A DNA stretch of 64,000 bases from Dehalococcoidia bacterium. GTDB lineage: Bacteria > Chloroflexota > Dehalococcoidia > Lucifugimonadales > UBA3495. Both the position numbers and the translations under genes were made by a program. Shown here piece after piece: positions 38,647 through 48,417 of this stretch. How positions within the stretch are numbered: position 1 is the stretch's first letter; each line of letters starts with the position of its first letter. The notes beneath the pieces were generated by a model. That model was not told the DNA's origin. It did no database searches and was given only the letters and a program-made list of their open reading frames with translations. The stretch covers positions 32,001-96,000 of the forward strand of contig JASLXV010000067.1 in the NCBI GenBank assembly GCA_030740155.1, given 5' to 3'.

Positions 38647-39543
38647 GTGTCTATAGAGACTGTTGCGATTCTCAGCCCCGGAGATATGGGGCATGCCGTA
38701 GGCCAGTTGCTTCGAGAGCACGAGCTGCGGGTCGTCACCTGCCTGGCCGGGAGGTCCGGCCGGACTCGGGCCCTGGCCGAGAAAGCTGGCATCGCGGACA
38801 TTCCGAGCCTTGAGGAGATGGTGAAGCAGTCCGACGTCATCCTCTCCATCACGGTATCTGAGGTGGTGCCCGCAATGTGCCAATCGGTGGCTGACGCCAT
38901 ACGCGCCACCGGTTCAGACGTGCTGTTCGCCGAGTGCAACGCCATCGCTCCCCAGGTGGCCCGCCGCATGGAAACCGTCATCGAGACGGCCGGAGGCCGC
39001 TTTGTCGATGCCTCCATTATCGGAGGTCCGCCCAAAGGCGGGTCTTGCCCCCGATTCTACGCCTCAGGCCCGCGACTAGCCGATTTCGAGCTGCTCCGGG
39101 ATTTTGGGCTGGACGTGCGCGGCATGGGGTCTGAAATTGGCCTGGCGTCGGGCATCAAGATGTGCTACGCGGCCATGACTAAAGGGTCGTCGGCTCTGTA
39201 CGCCGAGCTTTTGATGGCCGCCGAACTGATGGGCCTATCCGACCATCTGCGGGAGGAGTTCCTCGGCAGCCAGCCCGCCATCTACAAACGGATGGAGGGC
39301 GGCATTCCCGGTGTGCCCGCCAAGTCACGGCGCTGGGTCAGCGAGATGCAGGAGATCGAAGCCACCTTCGACCATCTGGGTCTCACCCCGCGTATGTTCC
39401 AGGGTGTGGCCGACGTGTACCGGCAAATGGGCAGCACCTCGTTGGGTGACGAGACGCCCGAGACGAAAGACGCTGACCGGAACCTGCAGCAGACGATCAG
39501 TCAACTGGCGTCCCACGTCGAGTCGAATAAGCAACAAGACTGA
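38647..39543 (+). CDS. NAD(P)-dependent oxidoreductase (beta-hydroxyacid dehydrogenase-like, DUF1932 C-terminus)
   Basis: ILSPGDMG, ECNAIAP, FVDASIIGGPP, KMCYAAMTKG, RRWVSEMQEI. Confidence 0.82.
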   Translation: MSIETVAILSPGDMGHAVGQLLREHELRVVTCLAGRSGRTRALAEKAGIADIPSLEEMVKQSDVILSITVSEVVPAMCQSVADAIRATGSDVLFAECNAIAPQVARRMETVIETAGGRFVDASIIGGPPKGGSCPRFYASGPRLADFELLRDFGLDVRGMGSEIGLASGIKMCYAAMTKGSSALYAELLMAAELMGLSDHLREEFLGSQPAIYKRMEGGIPGVPAKSRRWVSEMQEIEATFDHLGLTPRMFQGVADVYRQMGSTSLGDETPETKDADRNLQQTISQLASHVESNKQQD

Positions 39544-39821
39544 GAATCGAGCATCCTGGGAAACCCTCAATCGCGAGGGAAGTTCGCTGGGCGCTTTCAA
39601 GAGAAAGTTGCCTGTCTAGCTATCGGTGGGAGCCTCTTTCCCCACCGGTAGTTGCACGAGTGGGATTCCTTTCGAATGGGCTTGGGTTGGAGAGGCTCGG
39701 GCGGTTCGCCGCTTTCGAGGAACGCGCTCGCCAGAAACGGGTCCATGCGATCGAAGGGCGGTGTGGGGGCATTTCAAGGCGCCGCCTCGCAACAATCTTC
39801 GCATCGGCGAAGTCGTGCGAT

Positions 39822-40024
39822 CGTCTTTCCGGCGAAGGCCGGAACCCAGGGAAGCGCTAACTGGATCCCGGCCTTCGCCGGGATGACGACCTGGGTATCG
39901 GGCCACTTACGGAGCATCGTTCCGGCGAAGGCTGAAACCCAGAGAAGCACAAGCTGGACCCCGGCCTTCGCTGGGATGACGGCTTGGGTATCTGGCCAAT
40001 TACGAGGCACCGTTCTGCTGAAGG
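39822..40024. repeat. Tandem 93-bp repeat (about 2.2 copies) built on REP family A
   Basis: Unit starts at 39822, 39915 and 40008. Confidence 0.8.
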
Positions 40025-40030
40025 GTGCTA

Positions 40031-40399
40031 CTACTCAGTCTGAGTGGTCTTGCTGCCCGGAATGGTGATGGTGATGTGGGCCATGGAGGTGTCATCGGGG
40101 GCGCCGTGCCAATGGTTTTCACCGGCGGGAATCAGGACCATATCGCCCTCGGTAACCGTCAAGACCTCGCTGTCGTTCGCCACCTTGCCACTCCCCTGGG
40201 TGATGACCAGAAGCTGGTCTCCGGAGTGGGTGTGGAAACGGGTGCGGGAGCCGGCGTCGAAACTGACGACGGCGAAGTTGAAGTTGCTGCTCTCACCGGG
40301 CTGCAAAATGGCCTGCCTGTGGACCTGGTTGCCGGTCATCAAACCACCAACCATGTTTACTTTCACCTTTGGCGCGTCGCTAAAGGTTACCTTCTTCAT
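40031..40399 (-). CDS. Cupin domain protein
   Basis: RTRFHTHSGDQ, IPAGENHWHGA; AAGGAG RBS. Confidence 0.88.
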   Translation of the reverse strand: MKKVTFSDAPKVKVNMVGGLMTGNQVHRQAILQPGESSNFNFAVVSFDAGSRTRFHTHSGDQLLVITQGSGKVANDSEVLTVTEGDMVLIPAGENHWHGAPDDTSMAHITITIPGSKTTQTE

Positions 40400-40605
40400 G
40401 GGTCCTCTCCTTAACGAACGGTTTGGGCATGACCTTGGGGTTGTCTTTGCCGGCCGGCCCGCCGGCAAGGGGCAGGCGGCAGGCGGCGCGATTATGATAC
40501 CCCGCGGACACCGCCAAGTCCACACGCGCTCCAGGCATGGCAAGAAGGGGAATTGCGCCGGCCCGGCGTCTGGCGATTGGAGGGCGGTTCAGGCCCCTCG
40601 CCGTT

Positions 40606-41889
40606 CTAGGCGGTGCATTTAACCCGGCGGCCCCCGTGGAACACCGCTACCACCCGGCGCAGGGCGGCGAGGCCCTCCACCGGATTTCCCTCTACCAGAA
40701 GAAGGTCCGCCTCCTTGCCCGCCTCGATGGTGCCCACCGAGTCCAGTACGCCCAGGGCGGCCGCCGTATTCCGGGTGCCGGCCAGAATCGCCTGCATCGG
40801 GGATAGCCCCGCTTCCTTCATCGACAGAAGCTCGCCCTGGAAGTCGCCGAACTGGTACAGGCCCCAACCGGCGTCGGACCCTCCGACCAGGTTTACCCCC
40901 ATCTCGATCAGCCGGCCGAACTGCTCCATGCGGGCCCGGCGTCCCTGCTCTAGTTTGTCGAGATCAGCCGACTCCTCGGCCGAAAGGTCCTCCTCGATCC
41001 GTTTCTGGCGCAGCATACCCAGGCGCAACGTGCCGAGGTGCAGGGTTGGATTGACCCAGACCCCGGAGGCAGCCAGGCGCTCGGCGGTGGCCTGGTCGAA
41101 CCGGTGGGAACCGTCCGGGTCGTAGAACGCGCAGTGGAATATCATGTCGACCCCGGCTTCCAGCGCATTGTTGATGGAAACCGTCGACCGGCAGTGGGCG
41201 GCGACGGGCCTGCTCCGGTTGTGGGCCTCTTCCGTCGCGGCCTTGAGTTCGCTCACCGTAAGTGACGGGCGAAAGGGGTCGCTGGTCACGGTGCTGCCCC
41301 CGGAAGCCACCAGCTTTATCAGGTCCGCGCCTTCTTTGATGAGCTGGCGGACCTGACGCCGCGCGCCCTCGGGTCCGTCGGCCTCCCCGCCCATGAACCA
41401 CAGGTGGCCCCCGGTGATGGTGACGGGCCGCCCCGCGACCAGCACCCGCGGCCCGTCCACCAGGCCCATGGCCAGCCCCTGCCTCAGTGAAAAACCGGTA
41501 CGGTTCCAGGCCCCGCAGTCGGCCAGGGTAGTAACGCCGGACTCGAGGGCACGGCGCACGTTCCGGGCCGACCGCAGCAGCCGGATATCGTCGGTCTCGC
41601 AGTCCACTTCCTTACCGGTGCGCCCATCACCGGGCATGTTGGTATGGGTATGGCAGTCGATCAAGCCGGGCAGGAGAGTGGCCTGAGGGAGATCCAGCAC
41701 CTGGGGTTCACTCCCGTCGGCCAGACCGTCAAGGGGCCCGCTTCGGCTTCGCAGTTGCTCCCGAGGCCCCACCCAGTGGATGCGGCTCCCCTGGAGCACC
41801 ACCGCCGTTCCTTCCGCTGGGGTTTCGCTCAGGCCGTCGATCAACTGGCCGGGCTGGATCACCTGCAGGTCCGCTGTCGATGATGCCAC
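40606..41889 (-). CDS. Amidohydrolase family protein
   Basis: LPGLIDCHTH, GVTT, GADLIK, VAAHC, GGSDAG, GTIEAGKEADL. Confidence 0.9.
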   Translation of the reverse strand: MASSTADLQVIQPGQLIDGLSETPAEGTAVVLQGSRIHWVGPREQLRSRSGPLDGLADGSEPQVLDLPQATLLPGLIDCHTHTNMPGDGRTGKEVDCETDDIRLLRSARNVRRALESGVTTLADCGAWNRTGFSLRQGLAMGLVDGPRVLVAGRPVTITGGHLWFMGGEADGPEGARRQVRQLIKEGADLIKLVASGGSTVTSDPFRPSLTVSELKAATEEAHNRSRPVAAHCRSTVSINNALEAGVDMIFHCAFYDPDGSHRFDQATAERLAASGVWVNPTLHLGTLRLGMLRQKRIEEDLSAEESADLDKLEQGRRARMEQFGRLIEMGVNLVGGSDAGWGLYQFGDFQGELLSMKEAGLSPMQAILAGTRNTAAALGVLDSVGTIEAGKEADLLLVEGNPVEGLAALRRVVAVFHGGRRVKCTA

Positions 41890-41941
41890 TGTCGCACCTC
41901 CGGGTTGCTGCCGCCGCCCCGGCGGGCCCGGTCATTATAGC

Positions 41942-43516
41942 CTACCTTCGCTCCCGGAGCATGAGGAAAGCCAGGGGAATGGAGGAAGCCACTATCAACA
42001 GCAGCGCCGGCGCCGCGGCCTGGGCGAAAAACGCCTCGGAGGTCGCGGCCCAGATGGAGGTGGCCAGGGTGGTGAAACCGACGGGGCTCAGAATCAGTGT
42101 CGCCGGCAGCTCTTTCATGGTCAGCAAGAAGACCAGGGCCGCTCCGGACAGGATGCCGGGCTTGACCAGAGGCAGGGTGACGGAAGCGAAGACCCGTAGT
42201 GGAGACCGGCCCAGGCTACGGGCAGCCTCCTCCATGTGGGGGCTTATCTGAAGCAGAGAGGTCCTGGCCGCTCCCACCGCGGGGGAAAGGAAGAGGACCA
42301 CGTAGGCGAAAATGAGCAGGCCCGTGGTCTGGTACAGAGGCGAGACGTACTTGGCCCCAAAGAATACCAGCGACAGGGCAATGGCGATGCCGGGCAACGC
42401 GAATCCGATGTAGGTCACCCGCTCGATGATGCTGCCGAACAGGCCGGGATAGCGGACCGAGACGATCGCTATGGGCAGGGACGCCGCCACCGCGGCGACT
42501 GCCGCTAGGCCCGCAACGTACATCGAGTTCCAGATGTTCCCCCAAACGATCAGGAGCGGCTCCCCCGCCGCGACTCCCCGGACCACCCAGTAGCCTAGAA
42601 TGGACACGGGAAGCGCCAAGGCGGCGATGATCACGGCGGCGCAAAAGGCCACCGCGGGCCAGCGCCAGCGGCCCAACCGGACCGGTACCCTGGGCCGGGC
42701 TGCCCCGGCGCCGCTGCTGTAATACCGGGACCGGCCTCGAGTGAGGGACTCCGCGGCCACGAACCCCAACGCCAACCCGACCAGCGCCAACGACAAGGCC
42801 GCGCCCAGGGTCCGGTCGAGGGCGGACTCGTACTGAACGAAGATGGCCCAAGTGAAGGTCTCGTACCGGAGCAGTGACACCGCTCCGAAGTCGCTGAGGG
42901 TATACAACCCCACCAGGAGGGCCCCGGCGGCCAGAGCGGGCCTCAGTTGAAACAGGGTGACCCGAAAGAACGTCGACCAGGGGCCGAATCCCAGACCGCG
43001 GGAGGTCTCCTCCAGCGACGGGTCCATGCGCTGCAAGGCGGCCCGCACGGTCAGTAGGACGTAGGGGTAGCTGAGGAAGGTGATGGTCAGGAAGGCCCCG
43101 GAGAAGCCGTGGATATCCGGCAGCCGTTCGACCCCAAGGAGTCTGTCCAGCAAACCTTGCAGCATCCCCCGGGGCCCCAGGGCGACGACGACGACGAACC
43201 CACCCACGTAGCTGGGAATCACCAGGGGCAGCGCCGTCAGCACCACCCACATGTTCCGCAGGGGAAGGTCGGTGCGCATGGTGAGCCAGGCTAGAGGTAC
43301 GGCCAGGGCTATTGAGGCCGCGCTGACGGAGACGACCAGCAACAGGGTGCGCCCAAGGATTTCCAGGATCCGAGGGCGGACCAGCAGTTCCCACGCTTCC
43401 GTGCCGGCGCCCAGGGTGCGCAACACCAGATAGACCACCGGCAGCAGCAGGAGCGCCGTGACCCCGGCGGCCGGAATCCAAATGACGGCCGGAGGCCAAC
43501 CGGGCCGATGGAACAG
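41942..43516 (-). CDS. Fe3+ ABC transporter permease (FbpB/AfuB type); start uncertain (GTG 43438 cuts TM1, CTG 43516 possible)
   Basis: Two EAA loops (SLEETSRGLG, MEEAARSLG), SDFG, MKELPATL. Confidence 0.88.
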   Translation of the reverse strand: MFHRPGWPPAVIWIPAAGVTALLLLPVVYLVLRTLGAGTEAWELLVRPRILEILGRTLLLVVSVSAASIALAVPLAWLTMRTDLPLRNMWVVLTALPLVIPSYVGGFVVVVALGPRGMLQGLLDRLLGVERLPDIHGFSGAFLTITFLSYPYVLLTVRAALQRMDPSLEETSRGLGFGPWSTFFRVTLFQLRPALAAGALLVGLYTLSDFGAVSLLRYETFTWAIFVQYESALDRTLGAALSLALVGLALGFVAAESLTRGRSRYYSSGAGAARPRVPVRLGRWRWPAVAFCAAVIIAALALPVSILGYWVVRGVAAGEPLLIVWGNIWNSMYVAGLAAVAAVAASLPIAIVSVRYPGLFGSIIERVTYIGFALPGIAIALSLVFFGAKYVSPLYQTTGLLIFAYVVLFLSPAVGAARTSLLQISPHMEEAARSLGRSPLRVFASVTLPLVKPGILSGAALVFLLTMKELPATLILSPVGFTTLATSIWAATSEAFFAQAAAPALLLIVASSIPLAFLMLRERR

Positions 43517-43582
43517 GTCCCGGTGGGCTTGATGGTCTCTCGTTGCCGGTCTAAAGGCCGTAACTCTGCTGCCTGTATGTGT

Positions 43583-44617
43583 TTACGGGAGTATCCCGGC
43601 GTCCCGAAGGAGCGCTTGCGTACCCGCAAGGTCGGTCAGGTCCTTCAAGGGAATACTGGATCGGTTGATGTCAGCCAGAGGTACCAAGACCCGGGGCGTC
43701 TTCACACCTTCCACCAGCGGGTACTCGAAGGTCTGCCCGGCGAAATACTGCTGGGCCACCGTGGAGAGCAGGAACTCCAGGAACTTCTCTCCCACGTCCT
43801 TGTTCTCCGAGGTTTCCAGGATTCCGGCTCCGGCAACCATGATGGTGGCGCCCGGGCCGCCGGCCCTGGGGTGGTAGTTGCGGGCCGGGAAGGACTCGCC
43901 TTCCTCCGCCAGGAACCGGAACAGATAGTAGTGATTGACCAGCCCCACGTCTATCTCTCCGGCGGCCACCGCGGCAACCTGGGGGGTATTCTTGGGGTAA
44001 ACCTTCGGGTCGTTGGCCTGGATTCCCTCCAGCCACCGGCGAGTCTTTTCCTCACCCCATACAGCGCGCATGGCGGTGACCATGGTCTGGAAAGAAGCGT
44101 TGGTGGGCGCCCATCCGATGCGGTCCTCCCACTTGGGGTCGATGAAATCGAAGATGTCGTCCGGCAGGTCGGCTTCGGTCAGAGTCTCGGTATTGTACAC
44201 GACCGTCCTGGCCCGCCCGGAAAGCCCAATCCACTTGCCTGCGGGGGATCGGGCCCAGTCGGGGACTCGCTGGAGGATCTCCTCGGGCAAAGGGTCCAGC
44301 AGGTGCTCCACGGCGCCCAGGCCACCCGGGTCTTGGGCGAAGAACACGTCGGCGGGGGACCGGTCTCCCTCCTCCAGCAGCGTCGCCGCCAACTGAGAAG
44401 TCCCGGCGTATTTCGCCGACACTTTGATGCCCGTGGCCTCTCCAAACTGCTCGATGATCGGGCCGACCAGCGCCTCGCTGCGCCCCGAATAGATGGTCAG
44501 CGAGCCGGCTGAGTCATCGTCGGAGCCGTTGCCGCAGGCTGAAAGAAGCGCCACCAATAGTAGTGTGACTGCCAGTGGTGGCGCGAGGATTCCCCTGAGT
44601 CGCTTTAATCTAACCAT
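43583..44617 (-). CDS. Fe3+ ABC transporter substrate-binding lipoprotein (FbpA/FutA type)
   Basis: Lipobox LLSAC, LTIYSGR, SPADVF, GLVNHYY iron-binding tyrosines. Confidence 0.9.
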   Translation of the reverse strand: MVRLKRLRGILAPPLAVTLLLVALLSACGNGSDDDSAGSLTIYSGRSEALVGPIIEQFGEATGIKVSAKYAGTSQLAATLLEEGDRSPADVFFAQDPGGLGAVEHLLDPLPEEILQRVPDWARSPAGKWIGLSGRARTVVYNTETLTEADLPDDIFDFIDPKWEDRIGWAPTNASFQTMVTAMRAVWGEEKTRRWLEGIQANDPKVYPKNTPQVAAVAAGEIDVGLVNHYYLFRFLAEEGESFPARNYHPRAGGPGATIMVAGAGILETSENKDVGEKFLEFLLSTVAQQYFAGQTFEYPLVEGVKTPRVLVPLADINRSSIPLKDLTDLAGTQALLRDAGILP

Positions 44618-44802
44618 GGATCCCCCTGCTAACGATCATATATATCCATGGCCCGCGCCCTATCGGGGCCAGGCCTTCCTGCATATGGAATGTGACGTAG
44701 TCTGATCGCCAACGGGTCCATCTCAGCGGCGGCACCAGCGCAATGGCTGCCCCGGGCCGGGTGACAATTCGACGACTCGAAAGAGATCCGACTGACTCGG
44801 TA

Positions 44803-45141
44803 TAGTGTGCGCACTTCCTAAAAAGTTATGCTATACTGAATAATAATAACATGTACGCACTAACAACCGGTCAAAAGAATATCTGGTTAGAGGCCAACTG
44901 TCAACTCTCAAAGGCCCTTGAAAACGGATGCGGCAGCCCCGAAAAACCTCGCCATGGACTCAGCGGGCAGGCGTGAGCCGCACCGCCAAATCACGGAGCG
45001 CAACGGTTCAAATCGCACGCCTGCCAGATACGCGAACTGCCTCACTGATAAGAATCAATACGTGGTAAGAACAAATATTAATAAAGGCTGACACACTAAC
45101 AATAGTGATGGCACTGTTCAGGAAAATATGTCTGCACATAT
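44803..45141. promoter_or_regulatory. Three copies of a TGT-nnGC-AC motif in the divergent iron-transporter promoter region
   Basis: TAGTGTGCGCACTTCC (44803), ACATGTACGCACTAAC (44849), ATATGTCTGCACATAT (45126, overlapping TATAAT at 45139). Confidence 0.45.
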
Positions 45142-45246
45142 AATGATGTTAAACAACAGGAAAACAAACTCCAGTTCTGCCGCCGTGGATGGCGCCGCGG
45201 GTAACCGGACGTTCTGGCCGGGCCGCCGCCGGATGGCAAACCGGGA

Positions 45247-46428
45247 GTGTCTATGTTAGGCCTCGGTACGCGATCGCCCGGAAAGGCTAAACCGATGGCT
45301 CTGGAGCCGGACCGGGACCAACGGGGGCTTCCTCCGGACGGTGATGACCGGGCCGCCCTGGAATGCCGCGGCTTGGTCAAATATTTCGGGAACGTGCCGG
45401 CAGTGGAAGGGTTGGACCTGACGGTGCGGCCGGGCCAGGTGTTGGCCCTGCTCGGTCCCAGCGGATGCGGTAAGACTACCGCGCTGCGCCTCATCGCCGG
45501 GTTCGAACAAGCCGACGCCGGCACCATCACCCTGGGAGGCCGGCTGGTTTGCGGTCCGGGTAAGGAGGTCCCACCCGAGAAACGGCAGATCGGCATGGTA
45601 TTCCAGGAAGGGGCCCTCTTCCCCCACCTGACGGTGGAGCAGAACATCTCCTATGGGCTTCCCCGGGCCCACCGGCGCAACGGCAAGACCGAAGAGATGC
45701 TGGCCCTGGTGGGCCTCCGCGGCCTGGGCCGCCGGCTGCCCCACGAGCTTTCCGGGGGTCAGCAGCAGCGGGTGGCCTTGGGTAGGGCCTTAGCGCCTGA
45801 ACCGGACGTGCTGCTGCTGGATGAACCGTTCTCCAACCTGGACCCCAAGCTGCGGGAGCAGGTGCGCCACGACGTGATGCAGATTGTCCGGGCCAGCGGC
45901 GCAACCGCCATCTTCGTCACCCATGACCAGGAAGAGGCCCTGTTTGTGGGCGACATCGTCGCGGTGATGAACCAGGGCCGCGTCCTGCAGGTGGGCTCCC
46001 CCGAAGATATCTTTCATAGTCCGGCATCGAGATTCGTGGCCCAATTCATCGGCACGGTGGACTTTCTTCCGGCGTGGCGCGCCGGAGACAAGCTGATGAC
46101 CGAGGTGGGCTCGGCGGATTGGCCGTTCCCCCCTGACCCGGCTCAAGCCCCGGAGACCTCCGGGGAGGTCGCGCTTCCAGGACTGGAGGTGATGGTCCGC
46201 CCCGACTGTCTGGACTGCTACCCCAGCGAGCAAGGCGGGGGTGTCATCACCGAGCGGGAGTTCCGGGGCGCCTTCTATCTCTACCGGGTAACTCTTCAGT
46301 CCGGCCGTTCGGTGCGCTGTTTGGCCTCCCACACCGCGGGATACCCGGTGGGCCAGTTGGTGGAAGTGGCGCTACGACCGGGACACGCCTTGAGACCGTT
46401 CATCGACCAACGGGCTGTCGGTGCCTGA
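45247..46428 (+). CDS. Fe3+ ABC transporter ATPase (FbpC type); start could be downstream
   Basis: GPSGCGKTT, LSGGQQQRVAL, LLLDEPFSNLD, VTHDQEEA, TOBE-like tail. Confidence 0.9.
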   Translation: MSMLGLGTRSPGKAKPMALEPDRDQRGLPPDGDDRAALECRGLVKYFGNVPAVEGLDLTVRPGQVLALLGPSGCGKTTALRLIAGFEQADAGTITLGGRLVCGPGKEVPPEKRQIGMVFQEGALFPHLTVEQNISYGLPRAHRRNGKTEEMLALVGLRGLGRRLPHELSGGQQQRVALGRALAPEPDVLLLDEPFSNLDPKLREQVRHDVMQIVRASGATAIFVTHDQEEALFVGDIVAVMNQGRVLQVGSPEDIFHSPASRFVAQFIGTVDFLPAWRAGDKLMTEVGSADWPFPPDPAQAPETSGEVALPGLEVMVRPDCLDCYPSEQGGGVITEREFRGAFYLYRVTLQSGRSVRCLASHTAGYPVGQLVEVALRPGHALRPFIDQRAVGA

Positions 46429-46582
46429 CGCGACCCAGTCTTGGGCCGGCCCGAATCGGCGCTCCAGAAGGCGCCACACTACGCGGGTGTGCTTTTTACC
46501 GCCCCCACTGCCCCAGCCGGCCGCCCCATTAAACCCGATCTTGATGTAAGATGCGGTAAACCCGTGTTTGTGAGGGCTGCCG

Positions 46583-47335
46583 ATGCCGCGACGAAAAAAA
46601 GACACCGGACCGGCCAACGCTGGGGAGACTGCCGCGCCTGCCGAGCGCTTGACCCCGGTAACCGAAAACTATCTGCTGTGTCTTTACAAGCTCTGGGAGG
46701 ACTCGCTGATCCCCACTCTCACTCAGCTGACCGATACCATCAGGCAGTTGCCGGCTTCGGAGGGTCTGGGCACCTCCGTGCCCTCGGTGGCCGGCATGAT
46801 CCGGCGGATGCGGCGGCAGGCCCTGGTCGACGTCGGGCCGGACAAGCGCATCCGGCTGACGAAGAAAGGCCACGAAGGCGCTGAGAACATCGCCCGGCGG
46901 CACCGGCTGGCCGAGTGGCTGGTGGTACGCCTGCTGGGCATGGACTTGCACAAGGCCCACACCGAGGCCCACCGGTTGGAGCACGTCATGTCCCGGGAGT
47001 TCGAGGAGAAGCTGGCCGAACGGCTGGGCTACCCGAAACGGTGCCCCTTCGGCAGGCCCATCCCGGGTTCCGGTGAACCCAGGATTCCCGTCGATTCCTT
47101 GACCCTGGACAGCGCATCAGTCGGCGTGACCTATATGGTGGAAAGGGTCCCCGAAGAGGACTCGGAGCTGCTGTATTTTCTGATCCGGTCATCGATCATA
47201 CCAGACCATGAAATAACCGTCGTGGAGGCGGCCCAATTCCTTGGCGTGCTGATGGTGGCCACCCAGGAGGAGAAGGTGTCAATCGGCTACAACGTGGCGC
47301 GGCAGATCCTGGTCCGGGCTCCGGAGACGGCCTGA
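46583..47335 (+). CDS. DtxR/MntR-family metal-dependent regulator with FeoA-like domain
   Basis: ENYL, RRHRLAEWL, EAHRLEH, CPFGRPIPG. Confidence 0.9.
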   Translation: MPRRKKDTGPANAGETAAPAERLTPVTENYLLCLYKLWEDSLIPTLTQLTDTIRQLPASEGLGTSVPSVAGMIRRMRRQALVDVGPDKRIRLTKKGHEGAENIARRHRLAEWLVVRLLGMDLHKAHTEAHRLEHVMSREFEEKLAERLGYPKRCPFGRPIPGSGEPRIPVDSLTLDSASVGVTYMVERVPEEDSELLYFLIRSSIIPDHEITVVEAAQFLGVLMVATQEEKVSIGYNVARQILVRAPETA

Positions 47336-47905
47336 CTACCCTTGGCCCAGGAGGGTCTGGCGCATCGTGGCCCACCCCTCGGCCATGCTGCGGTGGGGCA
47401 TTGCCGGAAGCTCGGCATCGCGGAACACCTTGACCAGGACGAACACCGGACCGGGCTGAGCCATCACGTCCTCCAGCCCGATGAAGAACTCCTCCAGCTT
47501 GTCGAACTGGTAGGTCTTTACATAACCTGCGCCGCGGGCCATGCCGACGAAATCAACGGCATCGACACCTTTGACCGGCAGCCCGCCGGTAGACTGGTGG
47601 GACGCATCGTCGAATACGAAATGCACCAGGTTTTCCGGCTTGGATTCGCCGATGGTCGCCAGGCTGCCGAGGTCGGTGCGCAAAGTTGCGTCGCAGTCCA
47701 GCACCATGACCTTGCTGCCGGGCTGGGCCAGGGCCAACCCCAATCCCACGGCGGGCGCCCGGTCCATGCAGTCCGTCAGGTCCAGGTCCAGGTCGCGGCG
47801 CTCCGAGACGGCGTTCCAGTCCCGTAGCGCCGCGGAGGTAGCCACAACCAAGGCGTCCTTACGGTGGTAGTTGACCGCCCTGGCCGCTTCCATCGAGGGA
47901 ATCAC
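47336..47905 (-). CDS. ComE-like ThDP decarboxylase beta subunit, degenerate cofactor motif
   Basis: Paralogous to 48418-49008 but LDCDATL replaces LDGDGSL and FDD replaces FANN. Confidence 0.75.
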   Translation of the reverse strand: MIPSMEAARAVNYHRKDALVVATSAALRDWNAVSERRDLDLDLTDCMDRAPAVGLGLALAQPGSKVMVLDCDATLRTDLGSLATIGESKPENLVHFVFDDASHQSTGGLPVKGVDAVDFVGMARGAGYVKTYQFDKLEEFFIGLEDVMAQPGPVFVLVKVFRDAELPAMPHRSMAEGWATMRQTLLGQG

Positions 47906-48131
47906 CAGACTCGTCCTCCTCTTCTCCAGCCGGCTCGGCTGTCCTTGGCGCCAGGCTGGACTTCTTGGCGGCCACCATCAGATACATGGAGCCCAGCACC
48001 ATGCCGCCGCCCAGGATGCCCAATCCAACGCTGGGGCGTGAGATCCCCTGGAACAGCAACCAGAAGCCCAGGGCGAATGTGGCGTACCCCAGCAACCGGC
48101 CGAACAGGCCCCTCAGTAGTAATGTCAACAT
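47859..48131 (-). CDS. Small two-TM membrane protein
   Basis: Two hydrophobic helices plus an acidic tail; overlaps the downstream gene start. Confidence 0.6.
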   Translation of the reverse strand: MLTLLLRGLFGRLLGYATFALGFWLLFQGISRPSVGLGILGGGMVLGSMYLMVAAKKSSLAPRTAEPAGEEEDESGDSLDGSGQGGQLPP

Positions 48132-48178
48132 GGAAAAACCCGCATGGTGGGGCCTTGCCTCAAAAGTACCCTGGAACA

Positions 48179-48290
48179 TGTCACCCCTGGCGAAGCGAGG
48201 GGATTAGGGAGGCGGGTCCAGGCTCCGATGCAGGCTTCGATGAAGGAGCCTCGCACCAGATTCCTCGTCGCCTCGCTCCTCGGAATGACA
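48179..48290. repeat. REP-like family B copy
   Basis: TGTCACCCCTGGCGAAGCGAGG...AGATTCCTCGTCGCCTCGCTCCTCGGAATGACA. Confidence 0.7.
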
Positions 48291-48417
48291 GTTTTGTCGG
48301 AATACCGCATGACGCCAAGAGGATGAGCCCGGTGTCGATTGTCACGGCTGTCGCTATTCACGGCCCGCGAGTCGATGGTCTGACCATCGGCCCGGTAGCC
48401 GCCGCGCCGAGGGCAAG

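Noticed and set aside
39822..40024. Possible CRISPR array
   Set aside because: About two units, homologous 'spacers', repeat matches a dispersed REP-like family, no cas genes in the window
44813..45154. dif-like arms (ACTTCCTAAAA..TTATGCTATAC; TCTGCACATAT..TGATGTTAAAC)
   Set aside because: Arms are 2 bp apart instead of the required 6-bp spacer; better explained as AT-rich promoter/operator DNA
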